Positions 32,567 to 43,668 of a stretch of DNA of 64,000 bases are shown here, in pieces. The stretch spans positions 32,001 through 96,000 of the forward strand of contig CAVXEP010000006.1 of assembly GCA_963760795.1 (NCBI GenBank), given 5' to 3'. The notes below the pieces were generated by a model. It had not been told where the DNA came from. It did not search any database and saw only the letters and a list, made by a program, of their open reading frames with translations. The translations under genes were made by a program, and so were the position numbers. The stretch comes from an uncultured delta proteobacterium (GTDB lineage: Bacteria > Desulfobacterota > Binatia > UBA9968). Position 1 is the stretch's first letter; the number at the start of each line of letters is the position of its first letter.

Positions 32567-33775
32567 TTACACCTGCTCCAACGCCGCCGCTAGATCGGCG
32601 ATCAAATCCGCCGTGTCCTCGATACCGACGGAATAGCGGATCAGATTATCTTTGATACCGACCATCAAGCGCTCTTCGGTGCTGAGCTCGTAGAAACTCA
32701 TCAGCGCCGGCTGTTCGATCAAGCTCTCGACGCCGCCCAGGGACGGTGCGATCTGCGGGATACGACAGCCGTCGACCACGCGCGAAGTTGCATCGAGATC
32801 ACCTTTGAATTCGAAGGACACCACGCCGCCGAAGCCGCGCATTTGCCGGCGCGCGATGGCATGCTCGGGATGACTCGGCAAGCCGGCGTAATGCACCGCG
32901 GCGATTTTGGCATGGCCGGCGAGAAATTCCGCTAGTCCTTGGGCATTGGCATTTTGCCGCTCGATGCGCAGGCCGAAGGTTTTCAAACCGCGGACGAGTA
33001 AATAGGCCGCCAACGGATCGATGATCGCGCCGGTGACATGCTGCAAAGAGCGAATGCCGTCGACTAATTCTTCGGAGCCGAGCACGGCACCGGCGAGCAG
33101 ATCGTTGTGCCCGCCCAAGTATTTGGTCGCCGAGTGCAGCACCAGATCGATGCCGAACTCCAGCGGCCGCTGGTTGAACGGCGTCGCGAAGGTCGCATCG
33201 ATCAAAGTTTTAACCCGGTGGCGCTTGCCGATGTCGGCGAAGCGCTCCATGTCGACGATGCGATTGTATGGATTGGTCGGCGACTCGCTGACCAAAAGCC
33301 GGGTCGTCGGCCGGATCGCTTCTTCGATCGCTTGATAGTCGCCCGCCGGCACCACCGAGACTTCGATACCGTAGCGATGCAAAGTCTGGGTGAGAAACTG
33401 CCGGGTGCGCCGGTAGGAATCATCGGTGACGACGACGTGGGAATTATGCGATAGCACCGCATACAGCGCGGTGGTCACCGCCGCCATGCCGCTGGAAAAC
33501 AGCAAACAGTCTGCGGCGCCTTCCAATGACGCCAGTTTTTGCTCGGCGATGCGTTGGGTTGGATTGCCGTAGCGACCATACTCTTCGCGCTCGATCTTGC
33601 GCTGAAAGTGGTCGTGCAGTTCCTGGGTATCGGCGAACGTGTAGGTCGCGGTTTGCACGATCGGCGTGGCTAACGAATTGCCGAGTTTGGGCCGCGGCTC
33701 GCCGCCATGCACCGCCAAGGTGCTAAATCCCAGCGGTTCGCCCGCCGTACTCTTACTGGGGAAATTTTTGGTCAT
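32567..33775 (-). CDS. metB: Cystathionine gamma-synthase (Cys/Met PLP enzyme, plant-CGS-like)
   Basis: YGRYGNPT, SSGMAA, ESPTNP, DATFATP, HSATKYLGGHND, APSLGGVESLIEQPA. Confidence 0.8.
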   Translation of the reverse strand: MTKNFPSKSTAGEPLGFSTLAVHGGEPRPKLGNSLATPIVQTATYTFADTQELHDHFQRKIEREEYGRYGNPTQRIAEQKLASLEGAADCLLFSSGMAAVTTALYAVLSHNSHVVVTDDSYRRTRQFLTQTLHRYGIEVSVVPAGDYQAIEEAIRPTTRLLVSESPTNPYNRIVDMERFADIGKRHRVKTLIDATFATPFNQRPLEFGIDLVLHSATKYLGGHNDLLAGAVLGSEELVDGIRSLQHVTGAIIDPLAAYLLVRGLKTFGLRIERQNANAQGLAEFLAGHAKIAAVHYAGLPSHPEHAIARRQMRGFGGVVSFEFKGDLDATSRVVDGCRIPQIAPSLGGVESLIEQPALMSFYELSTEERLMVGIKDNLIRYSVGIEDTADLIADLAAALEQV

Positions 33776-33939
33776 GTTGACTCGCCTGTGAATATGTTTC
33801 CGCCGGATATCCTGTGAAGAAGACTGCACCGCAGAGACGCAGAGATGGCCGAGTTCAGAAAATTCTTAAACAAGAACTCCTTGCCCCGCGTCCTCCGCGC
33901 GGCAATTTCCTTCATCTTTATCATAAAGATTCGTAAGCA

Positions 33940-35347
<1,408 letters not shown>

Positions 35348-35496
35348 CTACTGCGATCTCGGCTTATATTGCCTGCTTTGCCGGAGTTTTTCCAATGCGC
35401 CGCAACCCATGAACCGGCCGTGCGCGTTCAGGCAACATTGCATGGGAAGATGTGATATTGTAAAAGCCCAGCCAGCTGACAGGCAATGGAGGCTCC

Positions 35497-35928
35497 ATGG
35501 CGAAGATCAAGCATATCGCGATCGCGACCCAAGATCCTGAAAAGACCGCGCAGTTTTACAAAGAAGTATTCGGTCTCAAAGAAATCGCCAAGATCAACAG
35601 TCCAGGCGCTACTGGTTTTCACCTAACCGACGGTGACATCAATTTCGCGGTGCTGAAGTTCAAAAACGACCAGACCGCCGGTGTGCCGCAAGGAAAAGAA
35701 TTCTCCGGCCTGCATCATATCGGCTTCGAGGTCGACAGCATCGAAGCGGTCGATAAAAAACTCACCGGCGCCGGCGCGCCGATCCGCGACGACATCAATC
35801 AAGCGCTAGGCCTTGGCCGCAACCTGGCCTCCCACGTCAACGCCGAGGTCAAATACAGCGCTCCCGACGGAGTCATCATCGACATCTCCGAGACCGGCTG
35901 GGCCGGCACGGCGAAACATCCCCGATAA
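35497..35928 (+). CDS. VOC/glyoxalase family protein
   Basis: KIKHIAIAT, GLHHIGFEV, APDGVIIDISE. Confidence 0.88.
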   Translation: MAKIKHIAIATQDPEKTAQFYKEVFGLKEIAKINSPGATGFHLTDGDINFAVLKFKNDQTAGVPQGKEFSGLHHIGFEVDSIEAVDKKLTGAGAPIRDDINQALGLGRNLASHVNAEVKYSAPDGVIIDISETGWAGTAKHPR

Positions 35929-35938
35929 GCCGCTGTTT

Positions 35939-36157
35939 TCAGGAGTTGGAGTCGATCCATGCTTTGGCCAGGTTGATGACAAAACGCTCGGCGTCATCGC
36001 TGGACTTGAAACGGTCGGCCAAACCGCCGACGGAATGGCTAAAGCGCTGGCCGTCGCGCTTCCAGGTGATCTCGGCGCCGGCGCTCCAATCCTTGGTGCT
36101 CTGATTCATCGACGCGTAGGCGACGATCAGTCGGTCGTTGTGATAGAGGTTGGCCAT
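35939..36157 (-). CDS. Hypothetical protein
   Basis: 72 aa ORF with host-like codon use, convergent with the VOC gene. Confidence 0.55.
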   Translation of the reverse strand: MANLYHNDRLIVAYASMNQSTKDWSAGAEITWKRDGQRFSHSVGGLADRFKSSDDAERFVINLAKAWIDSNS

Positions 36158-36416
36158 GGTCGGCTATATCTCACTTCAGCGAACGATTCTCAAGCGATCC
36201 CTTAGCTAAAATCGTCGGCAAGGTAGCATGCACCGCCGCGGCTATATCCGCCGCCCCGGTACGCCCAGCCAGCGTAACGACTGCGTCTCCGCGACTCGTA
36301 TGGCACAGCCCGGTCCGGCGATCGAGCCGCTGCCGCCGGGCATCTCCACCCACTCTACCCGTCCTAACTCTTCCCCGACGCTTACTTCGACTACCGCTCT
36401 TTCCCCAAAGCGCCAC

Positions 36417-36432
36417 TGGCTTGGCGATTGCG
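36417..36432 (+). promoter_or_regulatory. Putative sigma54 (-24/-12) promoter
   Basis: TGGCTTGGCGATTGCG = GG-N10-GC with TTGC, ~70 bp before ATG 36501. Confidence 0.5.
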
Positions 36433-36500
36433 TTGTTACCTTCCCAGACTGGCAAGAGAAGCGCGGCGAAATCGTTCATAAACCTGAAGGGATAACGCTA

Positions 36501-36842
36501 ATGAAAGCATCGTTTACCAGCTTCCTCGACCCCACCGATGACGGCATCATCGAGCAGCTCTCGCGCAAGAGCTTCCGCGAGGGTGAAGAGCGGCTGCTCT
36601 ACGCCATGGTGGAAAACGCCATCGAAGATTATCAGAAATACGTCTCGGCAATGGATAAGAAAGGCAAAGAATTATTTCAACAAGCCGAAGAATGGTTTTT
36701 CGAAACCGATTCCAGCTCGGAGTTCTCCTTTGAAAACATTTGCGACTATCTAAAGCTAAATGCCTGCTATGTGCGCAAGGGGCTATTACACTGGAAAAAC
36801 GAAAGACGTTATCGCCAGCCAACGCAAAGACTAGCGAGCTAA
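36501..36842 (+). CDS. Hypothetical helical protein (AEEWF...FSFENIC..L family)
   Basis: EERLLYAMVENAIEDYQKY..AEEWFF..FSFENICDYLKLNACYVRKGL. Confidence 0.7.
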   Translation: MKASFTSFLDPTDDGIIEQLSRKSFREGEERLLYAMVENAIEDYQKYVSAMDKKGKELFQQAEEWFFETDSSSEFSFENICDYLKLNACYVRKGLLHWKNERRYRQPTQRLAS

Positions 36843-36914
36843 TCACACTGCGCTAAACAAATAAGCCTGCGGCCGTCCCAGCACATAGCGCACCGCATTA
36901 TCACATGCCGGCTT

Positions 36915-37055
36915 AGGTCGGCATCCAAGCGAAATACATCATCCGCGCTGCATCTTCCATTGCGGCACGCCAGCGCCATGTCGATGGCTATGAGATCGAG
37001 TCCCTCTGGCTTTACTTTGCAGGCTCTCGACCAGCTTTTCTTCCGCCGATGGATC
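36915..37055 (-). pseudogene. Mosaic relic copied from the neighbouring nucleotidyltransferase and amidohydrolase genes
   Basis: ~36915-37000 aligns with ~37949-38032; 37016-37055 matches 38754-38793 with 3 mismatches in 40 nt. Confidence 0.7.
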
Positions 37056-37898
37056 ATAAACCGCACTTTAATGGCGTCCTCAAGCGCCGCAATCTCGACA
37101 TAACGGCACTGGGAACTATCAACGAAAGCGCCAAAGAGAGATAAGTAAAAACTCTTATTGCGACAATGTTTGGGGATTTTGGAAAGTAGCTGCGAGGTGT
37201 TAGATGGATTACAGGCCAACAACCGTCACGCGCTCAATCCGTCAAATACTCGCGCCAATTGATAGGCCGGCGCGGATTATTCTGATAGTAACTCTCGCTG
37301 TTGGTGACTACTGAGCCACACCCCGATACCATGGTAATCAGCAAGATCGCTGACAGAACCATTCTCGTTACCGTGAATTTCGGAACCCGAACCAGCCGAC
37401 GAATTAAATCTGCCACTTTCATAATTTCGCCTATTCCTATTGACTGACGACGACTCAAGCGCAACACCCATGCTTAATGACCCGATAGCCATGATAGCAC
37501 CCGCAATAGTCGTATTGTAGATGTAAGCCAAAACATTGGACCTCAGCGGCAGCGTTGATTGTGGTACAATTGTCAGCGAAAACATTTTGGCGGCATATTG
37601 GGCAGAGACTTTTTCAGCGGAATCACAATCTAAACAATCCTAGGATCTAGTTCGCATAAGGTCCATTTGCCAAACGGCGAAATAATCAACACGTCCGCGA
37701 AAATCGGAGACTTTGCGCCGTCTCCGAATGTCACCGAGTTGATGCGTCGATCCTCGGGAACGAATAAATCTCGACGCGACGTTTCCTGGGGCGGATATCC
37801 GATTGAAGAGCGCCAAGTGAACTGCGCTATCCATTGGCGGGATTCTGCTGAGTTTTTGGATTGCGACGAGAGCAATTTCAGATGATATCTACGCCCGC

Positions 37899-38606
37899 CT
37901 AAGGCCGTGCCGAAATATAACTAACCGCGCGTTCGCACTGCCCTACGAGGTCAGCATGGAGAGCAAACACATCGTCCGCGCTACATCCTCCGTTGCGGCA
38001 CGCCAGCGCCATGTCGATGGGTTTGAGATCGAGGCTGGGGACTTGAACTTCGTGAAGATATTCGACGGCATGGTCGTTGGATTCCATCGCTAAATTATCC
38101 CAGCTGTAAATCAGCCGCGCGGCGTAGAGAATTGCTCGGATGTACGGTTTGCGGTTGGCCGGCGCCAACTCAGTCAAAGCATTTAGCTCGGGCAATCGCG
38201 GTTTCCAGCTTTTTTCGATGCTGCGCAGCAACTCGTCGCGAATCGCTTGTTTTGTCGGCCGGCGAAACTGTGGCCTGTGTCCGTTGAGCAGCGGCACGCC
38301 ATGGTCGAGCATATCGAGCCGATCTAGGTTCGGTAAGCGTCCCCAGTTAAATTCGGGATTGCCCCAGAAGACGGAAAGTTTTTTGCCGTACTCGGCGTCC
38401 AGTGATTTCGCTTCGGCGATTAAATCTACCATCCGCGGAGGAGCCTCTGGACAGTTCAGCAGCAGGCCAACGTCGATGTCACTGTAGACATTGCTGAAGC
38501 CGCCGTGGGCGAGACTGCCGAGCTTGTAAGCGTCGACGAGCGACGGCCCTAACCGGTTTTCGAAATGTCGTGCTACGGTAGCGACAAAACTTTCGATGTC
38601 AGACAT
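37899..38606 (-). CDS. Pol-beta superfamily nucleotidyltransferase domain protein
   Basis: LGSLAHGGFSNVYSDIDV (GS..DxD) plus helical C-terminal domain. Confidence 0.8.
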   Translation of the reverse strand: MSDIESFVATVARHFENRLGPSLVDAYKLGSLAHGGFSNVYSDIDVGLLLNCPEAPPRMVDLIAEAKSLDAEYGKKLSVFWGNPEFNWGRLPNLDRLDMLDHGVPLLNGHRPQFRRPTKQAIRDELLRSIEKSWKPRLPELNALTELAPANRKPYIRAILYAARLIYSWDNLAMESNDHAVEYLHEVQVPSLDLKPIDMALACRNGGCSADDVFALHADLVGQCERAVSYISARP

Positions 38607-38625
38607 TAACCGCCCACAGCCAAAG

Positions 38626-38650
38626 AGGGCGACCCGCCGGTCGCCCCTAC
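38626..38650 (-). repeat. GTAG-type REP
   Basis: Reverse complement GTAGGGGCGACCGGCGGGTCGCCCT. Confidence 0.7.
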
Positions 38651-38673
38651 AGAACGCTTAGAAACATACCGCC

Positions 38674-39771
38674 TTAACTATCGAGTCCGTACAGCCGGCG
38701 CGGATTATCGCAGAGAATTTTTTTCGCAAACGGCTCCGGGATATCCTCGCGCTTTTGCAGGCTCTCGACCAGTTTTTCCTCCGCCGAAGGATCGTTGTGG
38801 CCATAGTCCGAGCCGATCACGATGTTATCCTCGCCGATGCATTTGGCGAGATAGGGAATATCTTCATCGGCCTCGGCGGCAATGAAAATGTTGGAGGCGC
38901 GCAACAACTCGGCGCTGTTTTTGTACTCGAGCCGGTCTTTAAACAGTCGCCGCAGGATGTGCATCATGAACGGCGCCCAGCCCGCCGACGCTTCGATGAA
39001 GCCGAACCGTAGGTCGGGAAATTTTTCAGGGATACGATTCGCCAGTAAGTCGCGGAAAGCGAAGATCGGCAGCGCGCGCCCATGGGCAAAGGTGTGGTTA
39101 CGCGCATGCTCGAAGTACGGCAGCATCCACGGCGCGCCGGAGCCGGTGTGGATGCAGATCGGCATGCCGAGTTTGGCCGCTCGCTCGTATACCGGATGAA
39201 AATAGGGATGATCGATGGTCTTGTCGCCCTCGATGCCGCGAAAGAATATCCCCACCGCGCCGAGTTCCTTGGCCCGCTGCATTTCTTTGAGCGATTCCGG
39301 GATCGAGCGCAACGGCAGCACCGCGACGAACTTCAACCGGCCGTTGGACTTGCCGCAAGCCGCGCCAAGCCAGGAATTGTAGGCTTTGGCTAACGCCGTA
39401 TCCAATTCAGGATCGTCGGTGATATAGACCAAAAATAGCGTCGGATAGATCACCTGTACGTCGACACCGAGCCGGTCCATGTCTTTGACGCGGGCCTCGA
39501 CGTTGGCGACTTCGCGGCTGGCAATGGCGATATCGCCGCGCCCTTTTTCCGCCTTCTGCGCCGACGGCGTGACCAGCCGATAACTACCCTTGCCCGCCGG
39601 CTTGGGAAAGATTTGGCCGTCGATCAGCCACAGGGCGTTGCGGTCGCCAAACCAGGTATCCTCCGGCAGCTCTACCAACACCGGCCGGCGCGGCGCCATC
39701 TGCTCGTCAATCAGCTGCCACATCGCCTCGGGCTCGGCGATATGGGTATCGGCATCGACTACTCCGTGCAT
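38674..39771 (-). CDS. Amidohydrolase_2 family protein
   Basis: VDADTHIAE, DMDRLGVDVQVIYPT, ICIHTG, FIEASAGW, GSDYGH. Confidence 0.9.
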   Translation of the reverse strand: MHGVVDADTHIAEPEAMWQLIDEQMAPRRPVLVELPEDTWFGDRNALWLIDGQIFPKPAGKGSYRLVTPSAQKAEKGRGDIAIASREVANVEARVKDMDRLGVDVQVIYPTLFLVYITDDPELDTALAKAYNSWLGAACGKSNGRLKFVAVLPLRSIPESLKEMQRAKELGAVGIFFRGIEGDKTIDHPYFHPVYERAAKLGMPICIHTGSGAPWMLPYFEHARNHTFAHGRALPIFAFRDLLANRIPEKFPDLRFGFIEASAGWAPFMMHILRRLFKDRLEYKNSAELLRASNIFIAAEADEDIPYLAKCIGEDNIVIGSDYGHNDPSAEEKLVESLQKREDIPEPFAKKILCDNPRRLYGLDS

Positions 39772-39943
39772 ACAGTTATTCCTCCGTCGGTCGCGATAAT
39801 TTAGCTTCCTGCGATATATACCGGCGCAATCAAGTTTTGCAATCGACGAGAAGACCAACGGACTAAATCGACCGCGAAATCCGCTAGACATTTCACAGCC
39901 ATTGCAATAAGTGGGAGCTAAACCAACCGATAAAGGAGTTCAT

Positions 39944-40882
39944 ATGGCCTCAACACTGATCACCGGCTTAGGACTGGTCGGCACTTCCTACGCGCAGCAC
40001 GCGGTCAAGCGCGGCGATAGCGTGGTATTTTATGACTTCGCGCCGCGCAAAGATTTTTTGGCGCACAAACTCGGCGCCGCCAACGTCACCGTGGTGCAGC
40101 GCGACGTCCGCGATCTACCGTCGCTCATCGAAACCATTCAGAAACATAAATGCGACACGGTCATCCATACGGCCGGACTGATCGGCGGCAAGGTCGGCAA
40201 CCCGATCTACGCCGGCATGCAGATCAACGTCATGGGCACGATCAACGTCGCCGAGGCCGTACGCCTTACCGGCGTCAAGCGCTTGGTGCAGATCAGCACC
40301 TTCGGCGTCTACGACCGTCGCCAGGGCGAGCCCAATCCCATCGACGAAAGTTTTCGCCGCGGTCCGGGAGAAGCCTACGGCAACTCCAAAGTCGCCAAGG
40401 AACTCATGGTCGAGGCCTACCAGCGTATGTACGGCTTCGAGCTGATCGTCCTGCGATTGGCCAACGTTTACGGCGTCGGCCACTTCGCCGGCGGCTCCGG
40501 CGGCGGTGAGATGGTCCAGAACATGTTGCAAACCGGCATCAAAGGCGGCGTGGTCAAGATCGCCCAGGAAGTCGCCCGGGATTTCGAATATGTCTATTAC
40601 AAAGATCTCGGCCGCGCCCTGGATAAAGCGGTAACTACTCCACTGAAAGAACCGGTGACCCTCAACATCGGCACCGGAGTGGTCATTCCTTTCGATGATT
40701 TGGTCGCCACCGCAGAAAAGCTACTACCGAATTTACAAGTGGAAATCATTCCCGGAGTCAAGCCGCGCTCGGCCAAACAACCGATGGTGATCGAGAAAGC
40801 CAAGCAAATTCTCGGCTGGACTCCCGAGTACGATATCGTCAACGGCTTCAAGGACTACATCGGCGAACTGAAAGCCCTCTAG
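39944..40882 (+). CDS. NAD-dependent epimerase/dehydratase
   Basis: ITGLGLVG, HTAG, YGNSK (YxxxK), RLANVYG; AAGGAG RBS. Confidence 0.9.
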   Translation: MASTLITGLGLVGTSYAQHAVKRGDSVVFYDFAPRKDFLAHKLGAANVTVVQRDVRDLPSLIETIQKHKCDTVIHTAGLIGGKVGNPIYAGMQINVMGTINVAEAVRLTGVKRLVQISTFGVYDRRQGEPNPIDESFRRGPGEAYGNSKVAKELMVEAYQRMYGFELIVLRLANVYGVGHFAGGSGGGEMVQNMLQTGIKGGVVKIAQEVARDFEYVYYKDLGRALDKAVTTPLKEPVTLNIGTGVVIPFDDLVATAEKLLPNLQVEIIPGVKPRSAKQPMVIEKAKQILGWTPEYDIVNGFKDYIGELKAL

Positions 40883-40902
40883 AGATTCTGGCACCACCAA
40901 GG

Positions 40903-41014
40903 CCTAGCGCGGCAAAACCGCAAACAAATGGGAACGACCTTCTGATCACGAGGGACACGAAGCTTTCGGAGAAAAGTAATGCCGAACTTCGAGCCCTTCG
41001 TGCCTTCGTGGTGA
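40903..41014. repeat. CCTAGCG module + CACGAAG/CTTCGTG palindrome between convergent genes
   Basis: cctagcgcggcaaaaccgcaa...cacgagggacacgaag / cttcgagcccttcgtgccttcgtggtga. Confidence 0.8.
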
Positions 41015-41034
41015 CTATGTTTCGCTTGCAAGGC

Positions 41035-43512
41035 CTACAATCCCAACTTACCCGTCTTGCCGCTCTTGAAACCGTTATAGCGAATCGTTTGCCCATCGGT
41101 CTCCAAGATGATCGCGCCGTCCTCGTAGGTTTTCAGCACCTCGGCACCGGCAGCAAGATATCGCTCGACGATTTCGTCACGCTTCGCTTCGGCGCGGCTT
41201 CTGGCGCCCGCCGATAATATCGCCAACTTCGGTTTGACCGCGGCGATGAATTCCTGTGAACTCGCCGTCGCGCTGCCATGGCGGGGAATCTTGACGACGG
41301 TGCTGCTAATTGCGCTTGAACTCTGAGTGAGCTGGATTTCTTCCCGTTTCTCGACGTCGCTGGTGAATAGAAACGACGCCTTGCCATATTCCAGTCGCAC
41401 CACCACCGGGCTCTCAGCGCCACCGCTATCCGCGCTGAAAAGGACGCACAGCGGCACCGCATTGAAGTCGCGGCATGGCGTTGCGCCGGTCAATTCTTTG
41501 CGGGCAATTTTAAGCCGGTCCAAGGTTTCATCGAGCTCCTCGAAACGCCGGGTGCCGCCCTTGGCGGCGCCGGACCAGAACTCGCTGGGTGAAAACTCTT
41601 GAACCAATGCGCGCATGCCGCCGTAGTGATCGATACGCGTATGGCTGACCAGCAGGTAATCGACTTTAAGAATCTTCCGCGATCTGAGATAGGGCGCGAC
41701 GATGCTTTCGCCGGTATCGAAATCGCCCACGGCGGCGCCGCCGGCATCGATTACCAGAACTTTTCCGCCGGGAAATTCAACCACGGCGGCATCGCCCTGA
41801 CCGACGTTCAAGTGGGTAATGCGCAGCTGATTGCTGTTAAACCGCTGGACGCGCCAATAGTAAACATCGCCGATCAGTAGAAGCAGGAAACTTCCAGCGG
41901 CAAAAAATAGCTGCATGCGCTTGCGCAGAACGAACAAAGCGATCACGCCGGCGTAAAGCGCGCCGACCTCAAGCAGGTTCGGCGCGGCGACGCGAATACT
42001 CGCCAGCGGCAAGCGGCCGAAGAACTCAACGATAACAATCGTCCAACCGGCGAGCCGATCGCCGAGCCAGGCCAGCGGCCAGGCAAACTCGCTGGCGATC
42101 AGAGTCACAAGACCGACGGTCAAACCGAGGGGTACGATGACGAAACCGACTAGCGGGACGATCAACGGATTGGTGACGAAACCGGCGAGGGAGAGATTGC
42201 CAAAATAATGCGCGATCAACGGCCCGGTGCCCAAGGTCGCCAGCAGCGGCACCGCCAAATGAAATGTCGCCTGTCGCGCCCGCTCCTTGATCCAACTTTT
42301 CTCCTGCGGCAACTCCTCAGTCCTTTCCCGCGCCAGCCCCTGATAGAGCCGGCTCATGCCCCAGGCGATAAACAGCACGGCGAGAAAAGAAAGTTGAAAC
42401 GAGATGTCAGCAATCACACCGGGCCAGACCAGGGCGATCGCCAGCGCCGCCAAAGTTAGACTGGCGAACACCTCTTCTTCCCGATCCAACAGCACCGCCA
42501 ACTGGTAAACCCCGATCATGATCGCCGAGCGCACCGTCGGCACCATGCCGCCCGCGAGCGCCGTATAAAACACCACCGCCAAAAAAGAAAAAAAGGTCGC
42601 CGCTTTGAGCAGATTGAAGCGCAGCAGTAAATAACTGCTGAACGACAAGCCGTAACGGATCGCCGCGAAGATCACCACGCCCAACATGGCGACATGCAGG
42701 CCGGAAATCGACAACACATGATTGACGCCCGCCGCCGTAAAGGCGGCACGAATGTCCTTGCTAATCCCGCCCATCTCGCCCACCGTCAACGCTTTCATCA
42801 GAGCGCCGCTGTCCGGCGCGTAGTTGGCGTCGATGTAGCGGCGGATCTGCCGGCGAATGTCCTCGACGGTGCCGCGGATCAGGCCCGGTTCGCGGGCGAC
42901 CAGTTCGATCTCGCTATCGTTTTCCACAAACCCTGTGACGTAGATCTGCCGTTGGGCGAGATAAGTCGCATATTCGAAACCGCCAGGATTGCCGCTGTTC
43001 TGCGGCAGGTTGGGACGCAGCCAAAAACGAATGCGGTCGCCATATCGCCAGTCGCGCCGCAGCGCGCGCAAGCTCAGTTGGAAATCGCCGCTGACTTCCT
43101 CGGCCCCGGTGGCATGCCAGATGCGCTCCGCGCGAATCGACCAACGATGACGATTGATCAGTTTCTCCGGCTCGGCTTTGAGCCGGCCTTCGATCAAGAC
43201 CCGCTCATGGCGCAGCATGACCGAACGCAAATGATCATCGGGAAATCGCGGGAAAAGGATTTCCCGATGGCGCACATAGCCGACTGAAAATGCCAGGGTA
43301 ATTAACAACCCCAGCATCACCCAGCGCCGCCAGCGCCGGTAAAACGGCAACAGCACGAACGGCACCACGGCCAACCCACTGCTATCGGGCATATGCCAGG
43401 GAGCCGCGGCGATCGCTTGGCCAAGCAGCAGAAACAGCGTCGGCACGATCAGCCAAGCCGACGGATGAAAGTCTCCCGAACGTGAACCAGCTACGTCTTG
43501 CTGATCCGCCAT
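41035..43512 (-). CDS. comEC: DNA uptake protein ComEC/Rec2
   Basis: NPGGFEY, HVLSISGLH, RSAIM, FQLSF, NVGQGDA MBL domain, KIPRHGS. Confidence 0.92.
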   Translation of the reverse strand: MADQQDVAGSRSGDFHPSAWLIVPTLFLLLGQAIAAAPWHMPDSSGLAVVPFVLLPFYRRWRRWVMLGLLITLAFSVGYVRHREILFPRFPDDHLRSVMLRHERVLIEGRLKAEPEKLINRHRWSIRAERIWHATGAEEVSGDFQLSLRALRRDWRYGDRIRFWLRPNLPQNSGNPGGFEYATYLAQRQIYVTGFVENDSEIELVAREPGLIRGTVEDIRRQIRRYIDANYAPDSGALMKALTVGEMGGISKDIRAAFTAAGVNHVLSISGLHVAMLGVVIFAAIRYGLSFSSYLLLRFNLLKAATFFSFLAVVFYTALAGGMVPTVRSAIMIGVYQLAVLLDREEEVFASLTLAALAIALVWPGVIADISFQLSFLAVLFIAWGMSRLYQGLARERTEELPQEKSWIKERARQATFHLAVPLLATLGTGPLIAHYFGNLSLAGFVTNPLIVPLVGFVIVPLGLTVGLVTLIASEFAWPLAWLGDRLAGWTIVIVEFFGRLPLASIRVAAPNLLEVGALYAGVIALFVLRKRMQLFFAAGSFLLLLIGDVYYWRVQRFNSNQLRITHLNVGQGDAAVVEFPGGKVLVIDAGGAAVGDFDTGESIVAPYLRSRKILKVDYLLVSHTRIDHYGGMRALVQEFSPSEFWSGAAKGGTRRFEELDETLDRLKIARKELTGATPCRDFNAVPLCVLFSADSGGAESPVVVRLEYGKASFLFTSDVEKREEIQLTQSSSAISSTVVKIPRHGSATASSQEFIAAVKPKLAILSAGARSRAEAKRDEIVERYLAAGAEVLKTYEDGAIILETDGQTIRYNGFKSGKTGKLGL

Positions 43513-43668
43513 GTTGGCTTTCGCTTCATGAGGAACTTCACCGATTGAGCCCGGCACTCAATAACGATTACTTGCGAAGGGCAACCACTGAAGTTGCCCT
43601 CATAATACGAATTTGTGAACGTTGCTCGGCTCCAGTTCCTTCGCTTTCGCTCTCGACAAGCATTGCGG

